DNA of 64,000 bases from Leucoraja erinacea (taxonomy: Eukaryota): contig NC_073393.1 in NCBI RefSeq assembly GCF_028641065.1, positions 4,340,001 to 4,404,000 of the forward strand, in the 5' to 3' direction. Below are positions 12,843-26,183 of the stretch, one piece after another. The stretch's first letter is position 1, and each line of letters begins with the position of its first letter. Under the pieces are notes generated by a model, which was not told where the DNA came from, ran no database searches, and saw only the letters and a program-made list of their open reading frames with translations. Position numbers and translations under genes: made by a program.

Positions 12843-13894
12843 ATTCTGAGACTAGGAGGGGGGATCTTAGATACTGGTGCAAGTTCATCGAAAGTGGCAA
12901 TGACAGTTTAAATGGTTCAATCGTACTTTTACATCACATGCACTGTACTGTGAAATTATTTTTGCACACACCAAAATTAAGACCGCCTGATGGATGTCTT
13001 GCAACGAAGGTCACCGCGTGGCAGAGATCATGAACTTCCATGAAACATTGGTTTCGGCAGATATAATGCACTTCACAATAAGATTTAAAAGCTATGGAAA
13101 TGAACTGGATGAGATTTACCAAAATAATTCCAGGGATGAGGGGCTTCAGTAAAAGCGAAAGGCAGGAGACGCTAGGATTGTTGTTGCAAGGAAATGTTGT
13201 TTGGAATTCTGAGCGAGGTATTTAAATCATGAATGGTAGAAACAGTGGATAGCGAGATGTTTCCATTCTGTGGAGCGGTTAGGTGCGAGGGACAGAGTAT
13301 TAAACCAATTTGCATTCGAACCAAGTGACCCGAGGCAGATTTTTGTTTTAAGTCACTGAATGTTTAGGAGAATGCAGATTCGATTCCTGCTAGCTGAATA
13401 ATGATCTAAGAGAATACTAGCCGAACCATGCAGGCCAGGGACGTGGAACTAAGTTGATTGCTCTCACAATGGGGCCCAGATGAAGTCAGCTTTCTAGACT
13501 CCTGTTGTGCTCTTAGCCATCCTGGAGTTGTGTTGCAGAGAGCTTCATGATCCACAACCTTAAGAGGCAAGTCGTGCTACAAAGCAAAGTCATGTTTGGC
13601 TTGTATGTATAATGAAGACTGCTCTCATAAAATGTCAGGACTAGATTAAAATAGGCAGGAAGCGAGGTCAGTAAGTGGACTGGATCTGATCAAGCTAATT
13701 GAATCCAGTTACAGTGCCACCATTAAGCCTTAGCTGGATCCAGTTTGATGGGTTCCAAGGTGGAAGGATTCATATAGATATCCAAATATGCTACGTCCGA
13801 GGTGGCACCAGATGCTTAACTATTCACCTCGTAACTACATTCTGATTCTCTCTTTAAAGCAAAGTTGGGGGTTGTGAAATGATTAAGACACAAA

Positions 13895-14165
13895 CATAGA
13901 AAATAGGTGCAGGAGTAGGCCATTCGCCCCTTCGAGCCTGCACCGCCATTCAATATGATCATGGCTGATCATCCAACTCAGTATCCTGTACCTGCCTTCT
14001 CTCCATACCCCCTGATCCCTTTAGCCACAAGGGCCACATCTAACTCCCTCTTAAATATAGCCAAGGAACTGGCCTCAACTACATTCTGTGGCAGAGAATT
14101 CCAGAGATTCACCACTCTGTGTGAAAAATGTTTTCTCGGTCCTAAAAGATTTCCCCCTTATCCTT
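13895..14165 (-). mobile_element. CR1/HER1-like LINE 3' end fragment
   Basis: catagaaaataggtgcaggagtaggccattc...gcagagaattccagagattcaccactctgtgtg; same family as 32822-33105. Confidence 0.8.
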
Positions 14166-16057
14166 AAAATAATCCTAAGATTATTTGTTGTGCATTTTCC
14201 AATTTTCCTACCCAATGAAGAGCATTTTTGAAGAGATCCTTGGCACTGAGGCACAAATAGAACTACGTCATCACCCACTTCATTTTACATTGTGTTACAA
14301 TGAAACTTACCAGGTATATTTTTAACCCTTCAATGCAAAAATTATGAAAAATCAATTATTTGTGACCAATCATTCAAATTACTACCAAAGTTAAACAGGA
14401 ATTCTCCCCTATTTGGTAAAAGCTATTACACAACCATGTTTCCTTATTAAGGCTTCAATAAGATTTAACATTCATCAAATGTACAGATGGAAAAGATGGC
14501 AACAAGTAATTCAAATGTCCTTAAGATTTTTAATTTCTTTACTTCAGGACCATTACAAAATATTTTGCTGGTTAGTATGCAACTATCTGATAAAATACTA
14601 ACATTCCACTCTTTACCGGGTAAGTATTGCCCCACGCAACAAAAAAAAAACATTGTAACCACCCAAACCTGTAGTATATATTATGGAATGTGGTTATTTT
14701 CCTATACAGGGCAAAGTATTCAAAGAACAACAATTTTTAGCTTTTCTCTTAAAAACAAAGGGGAAGAATATTACTCATCTCACTGAAGCGAATTACCCCA
14801 AAAGCATTGGATTCATTCTCCTCTGGATTGAGAAACCGGTAAAAAACAGACACCAGTAAAGAACAAGGCATGACAGGCGGATAGGTAATCCTTTGAAAGA
14901 AAAGGTTTTAAAAATGTGGAAAAAATGAAAAAAGATCTACAATTCTCAGCGAAGAACATGGAACAGCGAGAATACATTTGAGTTTTAACCTCAAAATAGG
15001 CAACTCAAGAGAGAGCATTAAAAACAAAAAGTTTGCAACTTACAAACGGAGAGGGAAAAATTAAAAGAACCAACAAAATACTGTTTGTTGATAAAGTGGT
15101 TAAGTGCAAACACAAGAAAACGTGAACCAGAGTTGGATTACCTAACACTTTCCTCACTACTTTAAATCAAACATAAAACGTGCTGCACCAAATAATTTGC
15201 GGGTTTAAACAAAAGTGGAATCTTTATTCCATTCGAATACCACCTTATTATTTTTTCAGTTACAAAAGACACCCCTTAAAAAGTCTCACGATGTAACACT
15301 GAAAACTCTGGTTTCCAAAATGGTTCTCAAGTTTCCACCCTTCAGCAGTTCTTGAAAATAATTAGAAACTTCATTTAACAGGTGTATATCAATACATTAA
15401 ATAAATTTAATTACTTTAATTGGAATATACGGAACATTTTGGTTGTCATTAAATCAATGCATCCCCCTATAACAATGCTCAGTACAAAAGCAGTCAAGTG
15501 AACAATTGTACAAATCCGGCCAAGATTACGTTGTATGGTGATGTTTGCTCAATGTACCTTTAATAGATATACTCACATGGAAGAGTGTGTATTCCAAAAG
15601 CTCTGGAGAGCATATTTCATGTCTCCAAATATATTTAAAAAAATCACCATACAGTATAACCTTGTAAAAGAGGTTCTTGAGAACAGAGGGAAGTTTTTTT
15701 CAACAAACATCTAACAAATGAAACAAACAACTATCGCAAGATACATTTATCAAAGGCGTTTTCCCCAATCTTTTCAAAACTATTCATGGCGACGTTGATA
15801 AATTACAATAAAAATGGTCCTTGTACATGACATTGGGCATACATCTTTAAAATAAATTTGAACTTATAATGGGATCGTTTTAAAATGCTAAAATACTAGA
15901 GTTTACAATTCACAGTCTGTGACTATTCATCAAGGTGTCCCATGGTATTAGTACGGTATGATGTTGTAATCGTCTGGTGTTCATCAAATAATCTTGTGTT
16001 GAAGGTACAAACTATTCCAAAGCAGTATGCATTCTAATGCTTCAAAGTTGTCATTCT

Positions 16058-16098
16058 TTACTGTAACTGGAGTCGAGCACCTAATTTTAACGCATGTC
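16058..16098 (-). CDS. NCOA5-like putative last coding exon (GHALKLGARLQLQ*)
   Basis: Acceptor ctttttcatttcacttcag-type pyrimidine tract, phase 1 fits the previous exon, TAA at 16058-16060. It is followed by ~1.8 kb of transposon-free AT-rich UTR-like sequence with AATAAA at 15223-15228 (minus). No homology support. Confidence 0.5.
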
Positions 16099-17559
16099 CT
16101 GAAGTGAAATGAAAAGAGCGGATATTACTACATAAAATCATTGATTTTAAATAATCAATATAATCATTGATATAGATTACAAATTGTTGAGGCCCAAGCC
16201 TGCAAGGCAAATTCCTACAGCACCTTACAACTGCAAACACAGGAGCAATCACAGATAATATCTTCAAACTGAAATCTCGTTGTTATATGCAGACATTTTC
16301 TTTAAACTTGAATTCTGCAATTATGGTTTCGACTTGCCATCTCCTGGTTTTCTAATCACTACTTTAACCAGTTCTGTACACTCCTATATTCATCCCAAAG
16401 TACTAATTTAGTTTTAGAATTTCCAAATGTCACATTAATCCAATCACATCTGTTTAAATATTCACTGAAATGATTCTGCACCTGTATTTTTCCTATGCCC
16501 GCAGCATGACTTTAAAAAAAAGTAATCCTGAGTATGTTCCTTTAACAATCCAGTTGTTACTCAATTTTTATTTTTTTTTTAAATTGTGTCTTACAAATAA
16601 ATCATCTGGTCTTGACCACAAACTGGAGCATAAATTCAATTAAATTTAATTCAATTCAATTCAACTTTAATGTCATCGCACAAATACAAGTATGAGTACA
16701 ATGAAATGCAGTTTTGCGTCAGTCCGTAGTAGTTGTGCATAAAGAATTTTTTTAAAAATAAATAAATAAAAATAGAAAGAGAGAAGGTACAGAATAATCA
16801 AAAAATACAGAATAAAAAAATAGAAAGAGAGAAGGTACAGAATAATAAAAAAAACAGAATAATTAAACAATGGGGATGGAGGCACCGGAGAAATCTATCG
16901 GCGGGACAAATGTGGAGAGAACTGACGAAAACTGTGTAAGGCTTTAGTGAGACTACATATGGAGTACTGGACATAGTGGTTAAAGAGGAATTAATCTGTA
17001 ATCAGTGTTCGTGCACATGGAACAGCTATAAGTTCAATGACTTTTCAAGGACTTTCAAGGTCCCCAAAAAAAAAAAACAATTTTCAACGACCAAAATCCA
17101 GCAAACATTGATGGTTTATCGGAGACTTGTATATAAGTTGCTTGGTATTGGATGATTTGATTCTGTACCAAATAAAAGTAAGAAGGTTGGCTGGCCACCA
17201 TCTCAGATTTGATTGAAAATCATGTCTTGCACACCTCTGGTACAAAGAACACAGCAAAAAAAATCAACTTTCAACCATTGATATAGCTCGAATTATAGCC
17301 AAATGCCCATTGGAATTTGGAGTTGAGACCTTGCTGTCTGTTGTGTTACTTGTATGCTCTGATGTACAGACACTGATTTTCAGGGAAATCTGACAAGGTG
17401 ATCAGTCATTCCATTAGTCCAGGTTGCGCAGAACGACACTAAACTACATAATAATTGCACACAAAGTGGTTAACTTATCTATATTTGTACATCAATAGAG
17501 CACTGATGGTCCATTTTCTAATCTCTTAGTTGTTCAACATGAAACCATGATAATGGGGA

Positions 17560-17705
17560 AACTTTGCTTTTCAACTAGTCCCTGCAAACCTGCACTGCCC
17601 CTGCCTGCTTCAAAGTCTTCACTATTGTCCCTGTACCCAAAAAGACAAGGATTAGTGGTCTTAATGACTACAAGCCTGTCGCACTGGCCTCTGTAGTCAT
17701 CAGGC
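17560..17705 (+). mobile_element. Rex1-like LINE reverse-transcriptase fragment
   Basis: Encodes PACFKVFTIVPVPKKTRISGLNDYKPVALASVV; a related fragment lies at ~41590-41885. Confidence 0.7.
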
Positions 17706-19339
17706 ATAAGACAGAAAAAAACTGAAAAAAGAGGAAGAGAGATGGGGGTAAAAGAGGGCAGCGCCCCAGTCATGCAGAACATGTTTGATAACTGTACCTT
17801 GAAATGACAGTTTTCTTGCCCGTTTACCCTTAAATTTATACTGTAATTTTTATAAATGTACCTTAAAATAACACATTTTACTTGCTTGTCACAACTTACA
17901 CAGAAAATTTGTGATAATCATACCTTAAAATGACACCAACTCCTTGTTTGTTTACATTTGTCATATTGAAAATATTTGATATTACACGTGCACCTACTTG
18001 TAGCATACCTGTTCCTTGCTTGTTTACGCTAACTAGAGAGAGGCATCCTTTACACAGGAAATTTTTGATTATACCTTGAAATGTCACAATTTCCTCCCTT
18101 AATTTACACTGTAATTGTTTTAATTATACCTTACAACAAGGGCCTCCAAGTTTTTCAGCATGAGGGCCACATTATATATTTGGCAATTTTTTGCAGGCCA
18201 TAGGTAAAAATAAAGACATGTCAGTTTTATAACTTTAATGAACTCAAAAAAGAACTTAAGTAAAACAAATGGAAGAAATTCAAAACAGCATGTAGCCATC
18301 AATCAAGGTTAACCAACAAAATCATAACGTTTTATGCAACCACATTAATGGGAAGGATGGAACTGCTTTTTTGATTTCAAAATTTCATTGAAACCCTCAA
18401 CTTGGTAGCCTAGGGCAGACTGACGTGTGAGTTCCCGCGCTACCCAGTGTTGCAGTGCTATTTTTTTAGGTGCCAGTGCTATCAAACAGGGGCAAGCTAG
18501 TCAAACAAGATTATAGCCTAAACTACATCCCAGTGTATAACTAGTACAGTAAAACATATCATACTTAATGTAATAATATGACAAAATATTGCAGTTTAAT
18601 TATCATAAAAAATAATTATCAAGCTAGTAAAGGAAAAGACGGTGATCATGTATTTTTAGAGGTGCTGGCCAACTCGCCCCGACTCTCCCGCTGCTTGCTC
18701 ATTCACTCACACACACTCACATACCCACACACACTCTGCCGATAAGATCTCATGTACACACCTACATCAGACAGCCAAATTTAATAATATCATGGGAACT
18801 CACACATATGCAGGATTTCCATAAATTGGGCGCTAGTAATCTTGGGAGGGTTTGTGTTGGAAATTCAAAGGTAATGGGGAATATGCAAGAAAGAGGCCAG
18901 AGTGAAGTCAGCCCTTGTCATATTTATTGGCAGGCTATCTTGAGTGTTGCTTTGGCATACTTTTACTTATGCTTTTATCTCAAAGTGTTTAATGAAGATT
19001 GCAAGGCAAGATTGCTACCGCTGTGTACTAATCGCCCTATAATCTGTCTTGGGTAATGATGATTGAGGACTGGATATTGGGAACATCACCAGGTATTTCT
19101 GCAACGGTCTTAAAATGCAGCACAGCAGTATTCTGACGTTCAGTGGAATGACAGAGGAGAATAGTTTAACATCTCATCTTATTGCCTGAACCCCCAGCAT
19201 CACCAGGAAGACATTGGAGCGTCAGCCTATAATTATAACCTCACGATTCTGGGCAAGGGACCTGGACCCAAAACCTTCTGATTCAGGCTAGCGTGCTGCA
19301 AAATGAGCTGCATAACTGACTGCAAAAGGGTCAGTTGAG

Positions 19340-20000
19340 TCATAAGAGTGATACAGCGAGGAAACAGTCCCTTCCGTCCAACTTGCCCACACCAACCGAC
19401 GTGTCCCATCTACACTAGTCCCACCTGCCTGTATTTGGTCCATATCCCTCCAAATCTGTCCGATCCATGTACCTGTCTAACTGCTTCTTAAATGTTGGGA
19501 TCGTCCCAGCCTCAACTACCTCCTCTGGCAGCTCGTTCCACACACCCACCCGCCATCTTTTGTGTGGAAAAAGTTACCCCTCAGATTCCTATTAAATCTT
19601 TTCCCCTTCACCTTGAATCTATGGCTTCTGGTCCACGATTCACCTACTCTGGGCAAGACTGCGCATATACCCGATCTATTCCTTTCATGTTTAAGAAGGA
19701 ACTGCAGATGCTGGAAAATCGAAGATAGACAAAAGTGCTGGAGAAACTCAGCAGCAGCGGCAGCATCAATGGAGCTTTCATGATCTTATATATCCTCCTG
19801 TGTTCCAAGGAATAGAGTCGCAGCCTATTTAACCTCTGCCTATAACTCAGACCCTCTAGTCTGGGAAATATCCTCATGAATCTACTCTGTACCCTTTCCT
19901 GCGTGACATGATTCCTATAACACGGCCCCTAGAACAGAACACAATACTCTAAATGTGGCCTCACCAACGTCTTTTACAGCTGCAATATGACCTCCCAACA
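19340..20000 (-). mobile_element. CR1/HER1-like LINE 3' fragment with a short Penelope-type insert (~19690-19770)
   Basis: Near-collinear with 11685-12270. Confidence 0.8.
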
Positions 20001-20216
20001 AGACGTCTTATTGAATTGTATTAAGAGCTGGATATTAAGGAGAAAGTTTTTTCAGACTGTTCCTGGGTAAAGTTGATTTTTATTTATCATGCAACCACGA
20101 AAGTCAACTTTGAAACATACAGATTAATAACCTGAGAAGTTAGGCTCGGAAACTAAGGTAACACGTTTAACTGATTTTTACCATTTTGCATTACGTTTTG
20201 AGGAAAAAGTGCTAAC

Positions 20217-20405
20217 CTGGAGCTGGCAGAAGGGCCCTAATTGGCCGGTCACCCAACAGAGGCGTTTTTTTCTGAGAAAGAGGCGCGTGACCCAAAAGGG
20301 GTGGCCTGACTGGCGTTGGAAGGAGGGGCTTGGGCTTGTTGGAAGTTTGTGAAGCACTGCCTACGTCATAATAACTCTCAGTTCCAGCAGCTTGTTGAAG
20401 AGATG
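20217..20405 (-). CDS. NCOA5-like exon, proline-rich (ASLQQAAG...PKPLLPTPVRPPLLGHAPLSQKKTPLLGDRPIRALLPAP)
   Basis: Acceptor tttcttttattttccag, donor CAG|GTTAGC, 189 nt open, phase 1-1. Confidence 0.7.
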
Positions 20406-20694
20406 CTGGAAAATAAAAGAAACAACTTTAAAGCACAAATATATGACAATATACGCTTACATTTTAACACACCAAATTCCTATTCCTCGCCAGTATGATC
20501 TTACTTTATTTCAAACCAGTATCTTTTTGCACTGAAATTAGCAGGAATTATTGGCAGGATTTGAAGGCACAGGCCAGTAAATTTATTTACGCGATAAAAC
20601 AGTAATTTTGAAGCAGTGCAGATACATTTTTCAGTCCTTTGTCTCAGACGAGAGAAGTCAGTTATTACTGAAATGCGAAACGTTACTCATTTAC

Positions 20695-20760
20695 CTTCAT
20701 GGGGCCACTGATAAGCTTCAGGTCTCTCCTCTTGATAGGTTTGCCAATTACTACTCGCCT
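20695..20760 (-). CDS. NCOA5-like small exon (EASSNWQTYQEERPEAYQWPHE)
   Basis: Acceptor tatttgtcttgatag, donor AAG|GTAAAT, 66 nt open, phase 1-1. Confidence 0.6.
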
Positions 20761-20854
20761 CTATCAAGACAAATATATCAGATTATCAACATTGTTCAAC
20801 TTTTCAGTAACTTGAAACTAGCACAATTTTACAAAAAAACAAATTAAACTCTAG

Positions 20855-21080
20855 ATTAGACACAAAAAGCTGGAATAACTCAGCAGGACAGGCAGTATCT
20901 ATGGAGAAAAAGAATGGTTGACGTTTCAGGTCGAGACCCTTCTTCAGACCTCGACCCAAAGCGTCACCCATTCCTTTTCTCCAGAGATGCTGCCTGTCCT
21001 GCCGAGTTATTCCAGCTTTGTGTCTGAAGAACAACCTCGGCCTGGAACATCACCTATTCCTATTCTCCAGAGATGCTGCC
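20855..21080. mobile_element. Inverted pair of Penelope-type terminal fragments with a hammerhead-like motif (minus, 20920-20947)
   Basis: gacacaaaaagctggaataactcagcaggacaggcag... is paired with ...ctgcctgtcctgccgagttattccagctttgtgtc. Minus strand reads CTGAAGA AGGGTCTCGACCT GAAAC GTC. Confidence 0.65.
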
Positions 21081-22133
21081 AGCAGGTATTTTCAAACTGT
21101 AGTCTAAAACAACCTATCACTTAGGCCTTTAGTAGGGCGATTTGAAGACGATAAAACAGTTTTATTTGTGTTTATATTTCCCAGCTTGCCAGATTTAAAC
21201 TTTTTCAGTCGAGATAATAGCCATGATTGTGGATGCCCTTAAAAATATTGACTATTGTGCCAGACTGCATGTCAAAGTGCAGTTAAAAAAATATTTTCCA
21301 GGAGGTCTATAAGGGCATTCAGCCCATCAAGTCTACTCCACCATTCAATCATGGCTGATCTATCTTTCCCTCTCAACCCCATTTGCCTGCTTTCTTCCCA
21401 TAATCCCCGACACCTGTACTAAAAAAGAATCTGTCAATCACTGATTTAAGATATCCAATGACTCGACCGCCACAGAACTTCCGTGGCAGTGAATGCCACA
21501 GATTCACCACCCTCTGACAAATAATTTCCTAATTTCCTTTCTAAAAGCACCTACTTTTATTCTGAGTGTTTAAAGCCAATTGTGCGCTTGTTACGGTGCG
21601 GATGAAGAATATAAGGGGACTGAGAACGATAAATATTCAATGACATGGATCATAAATAAAGAACAGGATTTTCAACCTCCATGAACTCCATGCAAAATGC
21701 AGAATGAGGCAAAAAGAGAAAGCGCAGAATTACCCGTCTGATACAATGTTCTTTGTGTCTCTTTGTCCAATATTCCAAAGTAGTCTTTGGATTATTTTCA
21801 TTATTGGGACAAATACTTATATACAGTTTAAGATAATTCATCTTCAGCATCTAAACATTAATTCCAAATTAACTGATTTTTTAATTGCTTCTTCATCAAT
21901 TCTGCACAAAAACAGATTAATAATGAACTATGCAGGCAGGAACTGCAGATGCTCAGTTAAACCAGACACAAAAAGCTGGAGTAACTCAGCGGGACAGCCA
22001 GCATGTCTGGAGAAAAGGAATAGGTGTCAGACTGAGCCTAAAAACGGTCTCAACCCAAAACATCACCCATTCCTTCTATGCAGAGATGCTGCCTGTCCCG
22101 CTGAGTTACTTCAGCATTTAATAATGAACTAAC

Positions 22134-22415
22134 CTGTCTCAACTCCCTCTTTTCGCTTGGTCAAATATTCAATGACGACTTGCAGCTCCTCTGCATAAAG
22201 GTGCTTTCCATCACCAACCAGAAACATAAGATGTCGGACGGTGGTGGGCACAACATGGCTTTCGCTGTAAGCCTCACGGTGAAGATAATCGTCTGCCAAG
22301 TTGGCCGCCTTGTGTGCAATCTCCAGCCGCTCTTTCTCCAGATTCTCACCAAATATGCGTTGGTGCTCACGGGAAATCAGGTCCAAGGCATCTTCTAAAG
22401 GCATGTTACGATGCT
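22134..22415 (-). CDS. NCOA5-like exon (EHRNMPLEDALDLISREH...LMFLVGDGKHLYAEELQVVIEYLTKRKE)
   Basis: Resembles NCOA5 EHRNMPQADAMVLVARNY...LINLLADNRYLTAEETDKIINYLRERKE. Acceptor ttttgtctgttcgacag, donor CAG|GTTAGT. Confidence 0.9.
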
Positions 22416-24784
22416 CTGTCGAACAGACAAAACTTTATTATAGGTCAAAGATCTCAGTAAACCTGGAAAAGGAAACTTCAGCGTGGCAAGTGACACCGAG
22501 GAAGTTTGATAATGTACAAAAAGGGGTTCAGAATAAAACAAAAAATATCCCAACAAGGTTTCTGTGACGATAGTCAGCCACACATGACAAAGAGTTTTAA
22601 ATGTTCTTTTCATTGATCATCAGTGCATTTGTCAGAACGTTGCACAAATTATATCTGAATTTCAACTCACCTAGTAATACCACCTAATTGTACTAAGTGT
22701 CAGTTACGTCCCAGTGGCAGACTATAGTCCACATTTGTCCAAGAATTCCCTTCACCCTGAATACCAGAATGGTGCAGAACCATTCATCTTTGCACCCAGC
22801 TTGTCCAAGGCAACATTAAGACTTACAAGTATACCAAATCATGAATTTTCAGGTCATCAATTCATATACACTTTGGGAAGTTAGTGTTGAGAAGGATAAA
22901 GGGCAGAACTTCAACAATGGTATAAAATGGGAGATGGGAGCTTGGAGGAGCTGTGTAGCTTTTGCGGAAGGAAAGTTTTAATTGCATATTTTAACAAATG
23001 ATTTACACACAATCAGATACAACTGACACATTGACCCCGATCTGCTTACGTGGTCTCCGGTTCAAAATATTGGACAACTAACAAATATTTCAAGTTCCTT
23101 ACTTTCACTTTCCCGACAACGGCAACATTTGCCAGCATTGTAGAGTGAAATGGAACATAGAAACGGAAAATAGGTGCAGGAGTAGGCTGTTCGGCCCTTC
23201 GAGCCAGCACCGCCATTCAATTTGATCATGGCTGATCATCCAAAACCAGTACCCCGTTCCTGCTTTATCCCCATATCCTTTGATTTACTTAGCTCTAAGA
23301 GCTATATCAAACTATCTGGCCTCCACTGCTGTCTGTGGCAGAGAATTCCACAGATTCACAACTCTCTGGGTGAAAAAGTTTTTCTCATCTCAGTTTTAAA
23401 TGGCCTACCCCCTTAAACTTAAAACGATAGATTGCTGGGCCCGTACATACATATTTACATGTTGGTGAACCGTTGCTCCTTACAAGTGCATTATTATAGT
23501 CTTTACAGGTCAGGGCAAGAATGTCCACTGTAAAATGAAAGCTTTTTCTGTATCACAATTACTTTCATGTCCTTGTTACAATAATTTAAAGTCAATGAAA
23601 CAAATATTTAAAATGCAGATACGCATGCCAAAAAATTAAATCCAGATACTGAAAACAAAACCGTATGAAAACAAATGATTGAAGTCAAATTGATCTTATA
23701 ATCCATTTCATTAAAAACACAAAACGGAGTATTAAATGTCCTTAAATTAGACAGTAGGAAACAAAAGACAAACTTTGTTCCATGTTGTTCAGAGACGATT
23801 GAAATTTCCAGACAGATTTTATAATTGAACAAATCAATTTGCAGGGCTCGGGTGAAGATAAAATAAATTAGCACCCAGGTACCCAGGGAGCCATTTCCCC
23901 CATCACCAAATTAAAAAAAACATCCATCCATTAGTAATATCAATTCCAAATTAACTGATGTTGGTAATGAACTAATCTTAGGTAGACAAAAGTGCTGGAG
24001 AAACTCAGCGGGTGCAGCAGCATCTATGGAGTGAAGGAAATAGGCACCGTTTCGGGCCGAAACACTTATTCAGACTGATGTAGGGTGGGGGGCAGGGAGA
24101 AGAAAGGAGAAAGGAAGAGGGGGAGTCAGGTGGGCTGAGGGAGAGCTGAGAAGGGGAGGAGACAGCAAGGGCTACTGTAGACATGGAAGGTGTCTACCTT
24201 CGATTTTCCAGCATCTGCAGTTTCTTCTTGAACATGAACTAATCTTAAACTGACATCAGTACCCCTTATCCTTGTCTGCTAAACAGTGTCTTTCTGCACC
24301 CCCCAATCAACCTACTGACTTGCTATTCCTTGTGAAACGTGGTGTCCTGTAAAGTGGGTTTCAGTTATATCCATTGGCACAATAATTGTGAGGGAAAAGG
24401 AATCTCAGTTGCTTATGGATTTATAACACGTGTCAGATGGTGTTAATTTCCTGATGCCATGACCTAGCACAGGAAAAGCAAGCCCATTAATTTGGCTAAG
24501 AAACAGATATGAAGGAGCAGGCACACACAAGGTCATTTACACACCCCTCTTCCCAATTGCTCGAGGTTGTTTTAATGCTTTAATGTTCACACATGTAAAT
24601 GGTTATGTATCTCAGTATTAACAGCAAGCAAAGCAGGGTATACCTTTGCTTGTAGTCAAATTATTATTATTAATAGGCAGACCTAATATTTTGATTTGAG
24701 GAACATCATAACAGAACCTTTTAGGCATATAAACATTGGAGATTATTTCAAACAAGGGCAAGCACTCCATCTTACTGTATCAGT

Positions 24785-25088
24785 TTAGTTGAGAGATACA
24801 ACGCGGAAACAGGTCCTTCAGCCCAACAGGTCCGCTACAACCAGCAATCCCCGCACAATAACACTATCCTCCACACACTAGGGACAATTTACAATTTTTA
24901 CCAAGCCAATTAACCGACAAATCTGTAAGTTTTTGGAGTGTGAGAGGAAACCGAGCACCTGGGGAAACCCCACGCAGGTCATGGGGAGAACGTACAAACT
25001 CCATGCAGACAGCACCTGTAGTCAGGATTAAACCCGGACCTCTGGCACTGTAAGGCAGCAACTCTACCGCTGCACCACCGTGCTGCCC
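24785..25088 (-). mobile_element. HE1-like SINE
   Basis: Full-length copy with tRNA-like head gggcagcacggtggtgcagcggtagagttgctgccttacag and tail ...ctgtttccgcgttgtatctc. Confidence 0.85.
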
Positions 25089-25178
25089 AAACTCACACGT
25101 GACAAACATTTCATTATAAATGTGAAATTGGAAATCTCACGAATTGTAAGTGCATCTTTATGGAAGCTGAAAAGTTAC

Positions 25179-25378
25179 CTTTGTGGCCAGCATACAAAAT
25201 AATGACTGTGCAAGATGAAAGAGACTGATGTTCTCCACCGACAACAACACAAAAGGGGGAACCTTCTTCACGAACATCTTTCAGAGCAGTATCCAGAGCC
25301 AACTCTAATTTAAGGTACACCAAATCCACGAGAAGTCCAAGCTCTTGCACTCGACGTCCTATTAGTTTGGCATAATCC
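25179..25378 (-). CDS. NCOA5-like exon (DYAKLIGRRVQELGLLVDLVYL...GSPFCVVVGGEHQSLSSCTVIILYAGHK)
   Basis: Resembles NCOA5 DYAESVGRKVRDLGMVVDLIFL...GSPFAIVITQQHQIHRSCTVNIMFG. 200 nt, phase 2-1, donor AAG|GTAACT. Confidence 0.9.
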
Positions 25379-26053
25379 CTTAAAATTGCAACAGGGGAAC
25401 ATTTTCTGGTTAGTTAGTCAACCAAAGCAAGATTGAACATTTAACTTGCTGTAAGTTGCCACACAAGTTTTTTTCAAAAGTAATACTCAAAGGCTTAAAC
25501 CTTAAATAATCGAATGCGTTTGCAGATGAAGTAGTAATTGGCAACTGGATCACTAGTCTGAAAAAGGGTCCCAACCTGAAACATCACTCAACCATGGACT
25601 GCTGCCCGACCCGCTGAGTTACTCCACACTTTGTGTCTTTTCACGTTCCTCGTTTCTACTGGTTTACCATCAATTTAATAAGGGTGACTGTTGACATTAA
25701 TGTTCATTTACTTATACTTTCAGAAGCCAAGGTTGAAACGTGTTTGCTGATGGTTCCGTTAAATTGCATTAAATTAACTATTTTGGTTCATTCCAGGCAA
25801 TAAATTGAAGCAATTCTTTACATAATAGGAAAGAGTTACATAGGTAGGAATCAAATTTCAAACACAGCGGTTAACAGATTGTTAGTAGAATGGATTAGGC
25901 TGGTTAATCAGTCGAAGTCTGCAATCCTAAACTGCAAACAGGCCCTAAATATTAAATTAATTTGACTGATGCATCAATAACAAGCAGAACTTCAGCAACC
26001 TATGCTTTTTATCACAATAAGTAGAAAAGTACGCAAACATTCCTGAGATTTAC

Positions 26054-26183
26054 CCTTGTTGCTTGCTTAGGGCTATGACAACACAATCAGCGTGCTTTTC
26101 TTTGTTGTAATCCTCCTCCAATTCTTTATAGAACTGCTGATAAAGTTCTTCTCGGCGACCATCTTCAGGCCTGCAGGCTTCTC
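26054..26183 (-). CDS. NCOA5-like exon (EACRPEDGRREELYQQFYKELEEDYNKEKHADCVVIALSKQQ)
   Basis: Resembles NCOA5 RREELYRQYFEEIQRRFDAERPVDCSVIVVNKQ. Acceptor ttttcttggtcctag, donor AGG|GTAAAT, phase 1-2. Confidence 0.88.

Noticed and set aside
16760-16850. Short tandem duplications (aaaaatagaaagagagaaggtacagaataat x2; also tattagagcacacactagaaa x2 near 36837-36880)
   Set aside because: Ordinary slippage duplications with no further structure.
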